Below are positions 55,590 through 64,000 of a DNA stretch of 64,000 nucleotides, piece after piece. Both the position numbers and the translations under genes were made by a program. The notes beneath the pieces are model-generated. The model saw nothing but the letters and a program-made list of their open reading frames with translations. It had not been told where the DNA came from and did no database searches. The stretch's first letter is position 1. Every line of letters begins with the position of its first letter. Origin of the DNA: Candidatus Hydrothermarchaeota archaeon (GTDB lineage: Archaea; CAYFZR01); the NCBI GenBank assembly GCA_046760505.1, contig JBHIEG010000010.1:163-64162 (forward strand), written 5' to 3'.

Positions 55590-56930
55590 ATGCTTTTTAG
55601 GAGTGCAAGCATGGCAAGGGCAGAAGACATAAGAGAAAAAATAAGTGACTTGAGGGCTAGAATACCCGCGGCAGAGCCTATACCAGAGGAACCAAAAAGG
55701 CCACTGGATATTAGATTGATCGTTGGTTCTATAGTTTTTTTGGTAATTATTGGTGCAGTAGCCAGCGGCATAACCTACTTTGGATATATAAAACCCAAAA
55801 GAGAAAAATTAAAGGAAGCACAGATAGAAAAATTGAAGGAGATACAAGAAGCCTTTAAGGGAATAGAATCCAGTACAATAAGATCTGAACTGATAAAGAA
55901 AGTAAGAGATGCAAGAACAGCGGAAGAAGTTAAAGGAATAGACGTAAGAGGTCCGGCATCTTTTGAAAAACTTAGATTCGAGAAATTGAATTTAGTAGAG
56001 AGCTCATACAAAGGGCCCCTTGCATATCATCCCGATAAAAGACGACTTATAAGTGAAATTAATAATGCCAAGGACATCTCGGATCTGAAGGCTATTGACG
56101 TGGAGGGATCTGCACTAAAGGCATGGCGTACCTATCTAGAAGGCCTCATTGAGGAATCAGTAAACGAGAAAGGAAAAGTTGAGATCTTCGAGAAAGAAAT
56201 ACCCTCAGTCGTTGACAAGGAAAGGGCATTGGCAATAGTAAGGGATGCAACACTTGAGCAACTAATGGAAATAACCGTAAAATATCCTGAGCCTGACGCA
56301 ACATTGGGATTCCCCATAGTGCTGGATAGAGTAAACGCGGCATCTGGCATCTTATCTGTTGGGGACTACGTGGATGTCTTTGTTAGAGGAGAGAGCATAG
56401 AAAATACAAGCTTGGTAACGAGGCAGGCAAGAATACTTGCCATATTCCAAGAAAGAACTAGAGGTCAAATTTCTCTCTCGGAATCAGAGCAGAAATACGA
56501 TACTGGCGGCGGTTATGAGTCTAAAGGCGTGGTAACATCCTCGTCAATATCAACTGCAGGAGCGTCTGGGGCATCTCTCACAGCTTTACCTTGGCAGGAT
56601 TACATAGGAACCGGAAGTGCAGGTTTAAAATCTAGGGCAAGAAGTACCACATACACCGTAGATTTGATAGAAATCATAAAGGCCGCGTCGGCAAATAAGG
56701 TAAGCGAGAGTTATGTCAGGCACATGTTAAGCGACTATGGAATCAGGCTCACGGATCTCGAATACACTTCACAGCTCGGTGACTTTGATGCGAAGTATAT
56801 GATCTTGGTGGAAATACCAAAAGAAACGATACCAGTCGTTTTACAGGCGAATGAGCCAAAGCCAGGCCAGATAACTTCTCATAAAATCTATCTCTGCCCT
56901 ATACCAGATCAGACAAAGATACTTGAATAG
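55590..56930 (+). CDS. DUF515-family membrane protein with a CpaB/RcpC-like segment
   Basis: N-terminal TM; FKG...., AWR.Y, RVNAASGILSVGDYVDVF, DL.EI.KA..A.K, YG.RL..LE. Confidence 0.65.
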   Translation: MLFRSASMARAEDIREKISDLRARIPAAEPIPEEPKRPLDIRLIVGSIVFLVIIGAVASGITYFGYIKPKREKLKEAQIEKLKEIQEAFKGIESSTIRSELIKKVRDARTAEEVKGIDVRGPASFEKLRFEKLNLVESSYKGPLAYHPDKRRLISEINNAKDISDLKAIDVEGSALKAWRTYLEGLIEESVNEKGKVEIFEKEIPSVVDKERALAIVRDATLEQLMEITVKYPEPDATLGFPIVLDRVNAASGILSVGDYVDVFVRGESIENTSLVTRQARILAIFQERTRGQISLSESEQKYDTGGGYESKGVVTSSSISTAGASGASLTALPWQDYIGTGSAGLKSRARSTTYTVDLIEIIKAASANKVSESYVRHMLSDYGIRLTDLEYTSQLGDFDAKYMILVEIPKETIPVVLQANEPKPGQITSHKIYLCPIPDQTKILE

Positions 56931-56939
56931 GTGAATTAA

Positions 56940-58196
56940 TTGAAGAAATCAGGTCTGTTGTTTATCATTCTTCTTTTACTTGCGAGTACTGGATACGCTC
57001 AGGTAACGGTGACCGTTATCTCAGTACCAGAGAGCGTCGATATTGGAGAGACCGTTACCATAAGTGTTACCGTTACAGATCTTGGCAACTTTACATTTGG
57101 CTATACTTGGCTTCAAATCAGAGATCCTGTAGGAGATGTCGTACTCAATCAAACTCAATACGTAAATCCCTCTTCTTTTTCTTGGACTCCTACTGCGGCT
57201 GATGAAGCCGGTACCTATACAGCCACTGCTAGGGTAAGAAACGGTAACGATACTGCTTGGATTGGACAGGGCAGTGATACATTTACAGTAACGGTTTTAC
57301 CAACAGGCGCTGAGGTTCCTGGTGCAGCCCCTGAATTGGTTAGGGGAGAAATAAGAATAACAAAACTTAAAACTTCCATCACCGCTACGATCAAAAACGA
57401 AGGTACAACAAGGAGGTATATTGCAGGGGTACACTTTCCATATGAGTGGAGTACCTTCAGCATTAACGAATCCACAGAGTATGAGATGTATCAAGGTACC
57501 ACCGGGTGGTGGATACAACCAGGGCAAACGAGAACCATAGTTTTAAGAGATTTAGAGGCGGAGCAAGAACCCTTAGCGACAATCGATATACCTGAGGTTA
57601 CTGTCGCAGAGCTTACATTGGGAGGATTGCCATTCATCCAATGGTTTTCCTCTCAGTACGTGGATCCTTTTTCGTTAGAGGATCAGGTGAAAAATGTAAA
57701 GGTTCTTCGTTGGTGGCAAAAGGTAGAATTTACAGTAGAAAATACCGGTGATTTTCCTGTTGCATTCGCCTTTGGCGCTCCAATAGTAGTAGAACACGCT
57801 GCATTAACGAGAGCAGAGCCTTCTTCAATACTAGATGCTGCAAAGGTGCAAGATGTGGCATCAAAGGACGAATTCACATGGCCAGATTTTCGCATGCGTA
57901 CAGTAGCTCCAGAGTTGGTGGATATTCCCTCTTGGGACGAATGGTTTGAAGGTGGAGGACTTGCAAAATTGAGCAGTGGATCTCTTGCAACAACAACTCC
58001 TTTCATTTGGGAAAGAGGGGCACTAGAACTTAAAAAGGCACAACCTACGGTAGAGCCTGCATGGGTATGCACGTTGATGCCAGGACAGAAATTAAAGATA
58101 GTGTATGCATACGAGTTCAGGGAAGACATGACTCTGAGAAGTCTAATTCAAAGAGAGCAGCCAAAGTTCGCCAAATCGTGGTATGAGTGGTATTGA
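56940..58196 (+). CDS. Secreted Ig-like hypothetical protein
   Basis: Signal peptide; GETVTISVTV, GTYTATARV; GWWIQPG; co-oriented with DUF515. Confidence 0.6.
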   Translation: MKKSGLLFIILLLLASTGYAQVTVTVISVPESVDIGETVTISVTVTDLGNFTFGYTWLQIRDPVGDVVLNQTQYVNPSSFSWTPTAADEAGTYTATARVRNGNDTAWIGQGSDTFTVTVLPTGAEVPGAAPELVRGEIRITKLKTSITATIKNEGTTRRYIAGVHFPYEWSTFSINESTEYEMYQGTTGWWIQPGQTRTIVLRDLEAEQEPLATIDIPEVTVAELTLGGLPFIQWFSSQYVDPFSLEDQVKNVKVLRWWQKVEFTVENTGDFPVAFAFGAPIVVEHAALTRAEPSSILDAAKVQDVASKDEFTWPDFRMRTVAPELVDIPSWDEWFEGGGLAKLSSGSLATTTPFIWERGALELKKAQPTVEPAWVCTLMPGQKLKIVYAYEFREDMTLRSLIQREQPKFAKSWYEWY

Positions 58197-58557
58197 TAAA
58201 TTCTTCAAGAATTTAACTCCTAGAGAAAGGGCTCTGTTTGAATCAGGTATAAAATTAGGAGCGATATTTCACCAGTTCATCGGCACACCTGTTAGCCTAT
58301 TCTCAGTAGATTCTTTGGAAAGAACCATAGAAGAATGTGTCTTAAACCAATTTTTCGTATCAGATGTGTCAGTAAGAATAGATAAAGAAAAGTTAAGACA
58401 AAGATGTGAAAAGCACGGATACGCCACGCTCTCTTCAGAAATGCTAGAGGTTTTGGTGATCGTGAAAGTTGAGAATGTAAAGGTTATTTCGAGATTAAAA
58501 TATATAGAGGATCTTGATTATCCTTTAATGTACGTTGAAGGTATAGTCGAGATCTAG
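58183..58557 (+). CDS. mptD: Archaeal dihydroneopterin aldolase family (DUF381)
   Basis: RERALFESGIKLGAIFHQFIGTPV, LDYPLMY. Confidence 0.85.
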   Translation: MSGIDKFFKNLTPRERALFESGIKLGAIFHQFIGTPVSLFSVDSLERTIEECVLNQFFVSDVSVRIDKEKLRQRCEKHGYATLSSEMLEVLVIVKVENVKVISRLKYIEDLDYPLMYVEGIVEI

Positions 58558-60252
58558 GTGTTTTTCATGTTGAGTGAAACCATAGAGGCTTGTCTGGGTT
58601 ACAGAGAGTGCGATCTAGTGTTAGAAGGACCTGTTTTCAACCCTTATACTCAAAAAATAGAATATGAAAGGTTGGGAGTTTACAGAGGAAAGTTTGTTGG
58701 CTTCTCTAAAGATTTGATGGGAAAGATGCTTGAATTCGATGGAATATTGATTCCTGGATTGATTGATGCACACATCCATATAGAGAGCTCCATGCTTATA
58801 CCGAGAGAGTTCGCAAGGGTGGTACTTCCTAGAGGAACTTCTACAGTGGTTTGTGATCCTCACGAGATTGCAAATGTATTAGGAAAAGAAGGAATAAATT
58901 TTATGATAGATGATTCTAAAGCGACTCCATTAAATTTTTACTTCCTAGCTCCTTCATGCGTTCCCTCCAGTAATCTGGAAACATCTGGAGCAAAAATTGA
59001 TTCTAAAGATATCGAGGAAATTCTTGAACTGAAGGAAATTATAGGTCTTGGGGAGGTAATGAATTTTCCTGCTGTAATAGAAAGAGAGCCTGAAATTTTG
59101 AGAAAAATAGGAATATCAAAAGAAAAGATAATCGAAGGTCATTGTCCGGGATTGAAAGGTAAAGAACTGAATGCATACTTATCAACTGGTATAATTTCAG
59201 ATCACGAATGCTCCGATAAGGACGAAGCCATTGAAAAACTGAAGAGAGGCATTTATCTCATGATTAGAGAAGGTACTGCCTCAAAGAACCTCCATGACTT
59301 GGCTGAAGTTATTAAAGAGGTTTGTGGTAGAAGATGCATTCTCGTATCAGATGATAGAGATCCAATAGACCTCAAGAGAGAAGGGCATGTAGACCATCTC
59401 GTAAGGCGTGCAATTGAAGAAGGAATAGATCCTGAGATAGCAGTTACGCTTGTTACTCTTAACCCAAGTGAATATTTAAGACTAAAAATATTTTCTCCCG
59501 GGAGTAATGCAGATTTTGTTATAGTAGACTCCCTTGATGATTTTAATGTTATGTTTAACATAGTAAATGGGGAAGTTGTAAGTGAAAAAGGAATTTTAAA
59601 AATTGATATTCCGGAATACAAAGGAATACACAAAGATACGATGAATTTAGGCGAAATATCATCTAAAGACTTTTTATTGAGAACTGACAAAGAAAATACT
59701 CGTGTAAAAGTAATTGAAATAGTAGAAGGACAGATATTCACCAGAAAAAGAGTTTTTCCAATGGAAGGTAAAGAACTATCCTCGGATACAGAAAGAGACA
59801 TCCTGAAGATAGCAGTTGTAGAAAGACACAAAAATTCTGGAAGGATATCAAAAGGATTCGTACACGGATTTAATTTAAAAAAAGGAGCTATAGCATCAAG
59901 CATTTCCCACGATTCCCACAACATAATAGCAGTAGGTGTAGAAGATGATTCAATTGCAAAAGCTGTTAATGAAGTCAAAAGAATGAAGGGAGGAATATCC
60001 TGCGTTTTAGAGGGAAAAACGATTTCATTAGCCCTTCCTGTAGGTGGTTTGATGAGTAACAGGCCTGTTGAATATGTATCAAGCAATTTGGAAAAGATAA
60101 ATGAAACAATTAGAAATATGGGTTGCAACCTGAGAAACCCTGTCATGACACTATCTTTCTTGGCTTTGCCTGTGATACCTGAATTGAAAATTACAGACTA
60201 CGGACTGGTAGAGAACTTTAAAGTAGTTGATTTGGAGGAAAGTGATGAATAA
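58558..60252 (+). CDS. ade: Adenine deaminase
   Basis: PGLIDAHIHIESS, DPHEIANV, EVMNFP, SDHEC, HDSHN, LPVIPELKIT. Confidence 0.95.
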   Translation: MFFMLSETIEACLGYRECDLVLEGPVFNPYTQKIEYERLGVYRGKFVGFSKDLMGKMLEFDGILIPGLIDAHIHIESSMLIPREFARVVLPRGTSTVVCDPHEIANVLGKEGINFMIDDSKATPLNFYFLAPSCVPSSNLETSGAKIDSKDIEEILELKEIIGLGEVMNFPAVIEREPEILRKIGISKEKIIEGHCPGLKGKELNAYLSTGIISDHECSDKDEAIEKLKRGIYLMIREGTASKNLHDLAEVIKEVCGRRCILVSDDRDPIDLKREGHVDHLVRRAIEEGIDPEIAVTLVTLNPSEYLRLKIFSPGSNADFVIVDSLDDFNVMFNIVNGEVVSEKGILKIDIPEYKGIHKDTMNLGEISSKDFLLRTDKENTRVKVIEIVEGQIFTRKRVFPMEGKELSSDTERDILKIAVVERHKNSGRISKGFVHGFNLKKGAIASSISHDSHNIIAVGVEDDSIAKAVNEVKRMKGGISCVLEGKTISLALPVGGLMSNRPVEYVSSNLEKINETIRNMGCNLRNPVMTLSFLALPVIPELKITDYGLVENFKVVDLEESDE

Positions 60253-60799
60253 TATTCTTCTCACCGGAAAACCAAGAGTAGGTAAATCAACCGTGTGTAA
60301 AAAGGTGATATCGTACCTAGAAAAGAAAGGCGTCGTAGCAGGACTTCTCACGGAAGAGATAAGAGAAAAAAACGAAAGAAAAGGATTTAGAATAATAAGC
60401 ATTAAAACTAAGGAGACAGGAATACTTTCACATGTAAACATCAAGGAAGGTCCTAGAGTAGGAAAATACGGTATTAATTTATCTGATTTAGAAAATATAG
60501 GTGTTTCAGCAATAGAAGATGCTTTAGAATCTGATTTTGCAGTTATTGATGAGATCGGACCTATGGAGTTATATAGTATAAGATTTAAAGATGCTGTGAG
60601 ACTTATATTAGATAGCGATGTTCCTACCTTAGCAACAATACATTTAAAGTCGAGAGATCCTTTTGTTAAGTACGTTAAGGAAAGAAAAGACTGCGAACTG
60701 ATTTATATTACATATCAGAATAGGGATAAACTACCGATGATCATTTCAAACAAGTTAGAGGTGTTTGCAAATGAAAGGCGTAATCATAAATTACTGTAG
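60245..60799 (+). CDS. NTPase (THEP1 family)
   Basis: TGKPRVGKST, TEEIRE...R.GF, VGKY, IDEIGPMEL. Confidence 0.9.
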   Translation: MNNILLTGKPRVGKSTVCKKVISYLEKKGVVAGLLTEEIREKNERKGFRIISIKTKETGILSHVNIKEGPRVGKYGINLSDLENIGVSAIEDALESDFAVIDEIGPMELYSIRFKDAVRLILDSDVPTLATIHLKSRDPFVKYVKERKDCELIYITYQNRDKLPMIISNKLEVFANERRNHKLL

Positions 60800-61028
60800 A
60801 TCTAGAAAAAGACAATCAAACAGAACCATGGTAGCGAGATTTGAGGGTATAAACGATTATTCAGAGGCTAGCAGACTAATAGGAAAAGAAATTAAATGGA
60901 AAAATCCCGCAGGAAGAGAAATCAGGGGAAAAATAATTGACGTCCATGGAACTAATGGTCAAGTAAAAGTCAGATTCAATAAGGGATTGCCTGGACAAGC
61001 CATAGGAACAGAAATATCACTTAAATAA
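60771..61028 (+). CDS. rpl35ae: 50S ribosomal protein L35Ae
   Basis: KGVIINY, GKI...HG.NG.V..RF..GLPGQAIG. Confidence 0.92.
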   Translation: MKGVIINYCRSRKRQSNRTMVARFEGINDYSEASRLIGKEIKWKNPAGREIRGKIIDVHGTNGQVKVRFNKGLPGQAIGTEISLK

Positions 61029-61081
61029 ACGATCATAATTTCATAACAAGTTCTATAATAAAATTTTAAATAGGTTCTCAA

Positions 61082-62191
61082 ATGAGTCACTCTCTGAAAA
61101 TTGTTAGAGAAGGGTTGACTGAATTCTTCGTTCCAGATGATAAGGGAAAGGTTTTCTTCAACCCTGTTATGTCTTTGAGCAGGGATATATCAGTTTTAGT
61201 CGTGAAAAGCGCAAAAATAAAAGATTTCGTAGATGTTCTGGGAGCCACTGGAGCTAGAGGTCTTAGGATAGCCAAAGAAACTAGTGTAGATGAAGTCATC
61301 ATAAACGACCTAAACAGAGATGCGTACAATTTGATCAAGCAAAACATAAAACATCTAAAACTAAAAAATGCGGTGGCAGAAAATAAGGAAGCGAACCTTT
61401 TACTTTCCGAAATAGCATTCCATGGAAAAAAAGGAATGATTGATATTGATCCCTTCGGATCCCCCGTATACTTTCTGGAGAATGGTGTTAGGGCAGTTAG
61501 CAAAAGGGGAATAATTGGTTTCACCGCTACCGATACCGCTCCTCTTTGCGGGGTTTACGATAAAGCCTGCTTTAGAAAATACAACGCTCACTCCCTAAGG
61601 GTGGATTACTGCCACGAAGTAGGATTGAGAATCCTTATCGCTACCGCTATGAGAATAGCAGGAAGACACGAACTCTCCTTTACTCCAATTTTCTCCCATT
61701 CTACAGATCATTACTTTAGGGTTTATGGTCTCTTAAGAAAAGGAATTTCTCTGGTAGATAGAATTTTTAAACAGATAGGTTACCTGAACCACTGTGATTG
61801 TGGAAAGAGAGAATTAGGCGAGTATAAAGAAAAATGCGGGTGTGGAAAGAAATATTTGCATGCGGGACCTCTCTGGACAGGGAAGTTATACGATAATGAT
61901 TTTTTTGAAGAAATTTTTGAGAAAATAAGAACAACACATATTAATTTAAAGACTAAGAGGTTGTTAGAAAGAATTAAAGATGAAATAGAGGCACCACCCT
62001 TGTACTTTAATGTTCACAAGATATGCAAGAGCATGGGGATTTCATCGCCTCCTATGGAATACTTGATAGAAAAGTTGAGAGAAGAATCTTATATAGCAAC
62101 AAGAACCCACTTCTCGCCGTTAGCAGTTAAAACCGATGCAAGTATTGATAAAATCAAAGAAATCTTGAGAGCCTATAACCTTTCCCAATAA
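61082..62191 (+). CDS. trm1: tRNA (guanine26-N2)-dimethyltransferase
   Basis: VFFNP.M..SRD, DIDPFGSP, TATD, HEVGLRIL, GPLW.G, RTHF...KTDA. Confidence 0.93.
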   Translation: MSHSLKIVREGLTEFFVPDDKGKVFFNPVMSLSRDISVLVVKSAKIKDFVDVLGATGARGLRIAKETSVDEVIINDLNRDAYNLIKQNIKHLKLKNAVAENKEANLLLSEIAFHGKKGMIDIDPFGSPVYFLENGVRAVSKRGIIGFTATDTAPLCGVYDKACFRKYNAHSLRVDYCHEVGLRILIATAMRIAGRHELSFTPIFSHSTDHYFRVYGLLRKGISLVDRIFKQIGYLNHCDCGKRELGEYKEKCGCGKKYLHAGPLWTGKLYDNDFFEEIFEKIRTTHINLKTKRLLERIKDEIEAPPLYFNVHKICKSMGISSPPMEYLIEKLREESYIATRTHFSPLAVKTDASIDKIKEILRAYNLSQ

Positions 62192-62768
62192 AATAAATCT
62201 CGGAAGATCTTTTTCTTGAAGCCTTTGGCTTATGAACCTTAACGAAAGAAAACATGTCTTTCATTCTGTCTTCTATTAAATCTAACATGTCTCCATGAAA
62301 TGCCTTAGCGACCAATCTACCTTCGACCTTTAATAACTCATTCGCTATATCTAAAGCCTTTTCAACAAGATATACGGAGCGAGCATGATCCAAACTCCAG
62401 TTTCCACTGATGTTCGGGGAAGCATCTGAGAGTATCACATCCACACCTTCGGGAAAATAATTTTTTAAAGAATCAATTATTTCTGGATGTGTTATATCTC
62501 CTATCATTGTTTTTACATTTTTTATTGGTTTTACATTCACTAAATCCACTCCCAAAACCTTTCCATTAGGACCCACTTCCCTTTTGGCTACCTGAAGCCA
62601 GCCTCCTGGAGCACATCCCAGATCTATAACGAAATCTCCTCGTTTAAAAATCCTGTATCTCTTATTTATTTGCAAGAGTTTGAAGGCAGCTCTACTTCTG
62701 TAACCTTCTTTTTTTGCTTCCTTGTAGTAAAAATCTTTTTTTCTTTCTTTTATCCATCTTTTTTTCAA
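62154..62768 (-). CDS. rlmE: 23S rRNA Um2552 methyltransferase (RlmE/FtsJ)
   Basis: YRSRAAFKL, DLGCAPGGW, SDASPN, KPKASR..SSE. Confidence 0.95.
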   Translation of the reverse strand: MKKRWIKERKKDFYYKEAKKEGYRSRAAFKLLQINKRYRIFKRGDFVIDLGCAPGGWLQVAKREVGPNGKVLGVDLVNVKPIKNVKTMIGDITHPEIIDSLKNYFPEGVDVILSDASPNISGNWSLDHARSVYLVEKALDIANELLKVEGRLVAKAFHGDMLDLIEDRMKDMFSFVKVHKPKASRKRSSEIYFIGKGYRLSRFL

Positions 62769-62842
62769 ACAAACCCCATAAATATTGATAAAGATTTACG
62801 TTATAAAATTGATGTTACTTTTTCGTTTAAAAATCACGATCA

Positions 62843-63769
62843 TCAGGGTATAACATCTATATCCAGTTTTTCGGCTAACTCCTTATACCTGTTTCTTATT
62901 GTAACCTCTGTAACTCCCGCTACCTCCGCTACCTCTCTTTGAGTTTGTCTCTCTCCCAGTAGAACGCTTGCGATATAGATAGCGGCTGCAGCAACTCCGG
63001 TAGGGCCCCTTCCTGATGTTAAATCTTTTTTTGTGGCAAGGTCAATTATTTCTATGGCCTTGGAGTGTACCTCACCCGAAAGATTGAGCTCGCTGGCAAA
63101 TCTCGCAACATAATCCTTTGGGTTTGTGGGCATGAGTCTCAGGTTAAGTTCTCTAGAAATAAAACGATATGTTCGTCCAATTTCTTTCTTGTCAACCCTT
63201 ACAACGTTTGCTATTTCGTCCAATGTCCTAGGTACCTTGCACTGCCTACAAGCAGCATAAAGGGATGCAGCAACAACGCCTTCAATGGATCTTCCTCGAA
63301 TGAGACCTTTTTTGACCGCTCTTCTATAAATAACAGCGGCGGTTTCTTTTATGTTTCTAGGAATACCCATGTGCGAGGAGGATCGCTCTAACTCAGATAG
63401 AGCCAGTGCGAGATTTCTTTCTGTAGCGTTCGATACCCTTATCCTCCTCTGCCACTTTCTTAACCTGTATAGTTGCGCTCTTCTCCCCGGAGAAATGTCT
63501 TTTCCATAACTATCTTTGTCGTGCCAGTCTATCATTGTTGACAGGCCCTTATCATGAATTGTGTAAGTCATCGGAGCGCCGACCCTGCTTCTCTTAAACT
63601 TCTGGTCCTGATCGAAGGCTCGCCATTCAGGCCCTGTATCAATCATCTTATCGTATATAACGAGTCCACAATCGTTACAAACTACCTCAGCCCTCTCATA
63701 ATCGTTCATCAACTTGGTTCCACCACATTCTGGGCAAACAGTTTCAGCGGGATCTTTTTTTCTGGGCAC
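62843..63769 (-). CDS. tfb: Transcription initiation factor IIB
   Basis: CPECG Zn ribbon, GPEWRAF, RLRKWQ, two cyclin repeats, [12 protein letters not shown]. Confidence 0.97.
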   Translation of the reverse strand: MPRKKDPAETVCPECGGTKLMNDYERAEVVCNDCGLVIYDKMIDTGPEWRAFDQDQKFKRSRVGAPMTYTIHDKGLSTMIDWHDKDSYGKDISPGRRAQLYRLRKWQRRIRVSNATERNLALALSELERSSSHMGIPRNIKETAAVIYRRAVKKGLIRGRSIEGVVAASLYAACRQCKVPRTLDEIANVVRVDKKEIGRTYRFISRELNLRLMPTNPKDYVARFASELNLSGEVHSKAIEIIDLATKKDLTSGRGPTGVAAAAIYIASVLLGERQTQREVAEVAGVTEVTIRNRYKELAEKLDIDVIP

Positions 63770-64000
63770 CTTTACTCCTCCTTTTTCTGTTCAAAATATA
63801 TAACGTAGAGCCTACCAAACTCTTCATCCCTTGCGAATTAACTTTCTTGTCCGGGACGATCGATACATACGGGCTGTTTACGGGTCCAAATACGTCTAAA
63901 ACTCTTCCAACTATTTCCCTATTTTCTGACAAAACGGTGCTGCCGATTTTAGGCAAGAAATTGGTCCTTGCGATTAGGTGGTTTTGAGGAGAAATGTGTG
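63744..64000 (-). CDS. gar1: H/ACA RNP component Gar1 (5' end outside the window)
   Basis: [10 protein letters not shown]...PKIG..V.......G.V.DVFGPV..PY; conserved gar1-tfb order. Confidence 0.85.
   Translation of the reverse strand, partial: HISPQNHLIARTNFLPKIGSTVLSENREIVGRVLDVFGPVNSPYVSIVPDKKVNSQGMKSLVGSTLYILNRKRRSKGAQKKRSR

Noticed and set aside
59253-60146. 297-aa antisense ORF and the many other opposite-strand ORFs in the track
   Set aside because: Shadows of well-supported genes; Ser/Phe/Ile-rich composition typical of antisense frames

Overview
AT-rich, gene-dense archaeal (euryarchaeal-type) chromosomal segment. Markers include TFB, Gar1, Trm1, L35Ae, class I LysRS, SepCysS, the tetraether synthase Tes, the oapABC and rpa operons, and two tRNAs. 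The mix of multiheme cytochromes, SepCysS and DUF515 fits an uncultured anaerobic, probably thermophilic euryarchaeote (inference only). All family calls come from motif recognition by eye; no database search was run. No CRISPR array, transposase or integrase was seen. Main points of interest: (1) two different tubulin-superfamily genes about 47 kb apart (an FtsZ followed by an MglA-type GTPase and an unannotated wHTH gene; a CetZ-like gene followed by a coiled-coil/wHTH gene) share palindromic TGTCWGACA boxes in their promoter regions; (2) a KaiC/GvpD-ATPase cluster with a membrane-anchored CdvA/SHOCT-like protein lies beside the FtsZ locus; (3) a multiheme-cytochrome/NrfC/NrfD operon has NrfD fused to an FAD-dependent 2-hydroxyacid-dehydrogenase-like domain; (4) a moeB-tusA-pscS-DUF169-thioredoxin operon suggests a sulfur relay for SepCysS; (5) a structured intergenic sRNA/leader-peptide candidate with mutually exclusive hairpins; (6) apparent ATT/ATA start codons and a frameshifted gene missed by the ORF track.
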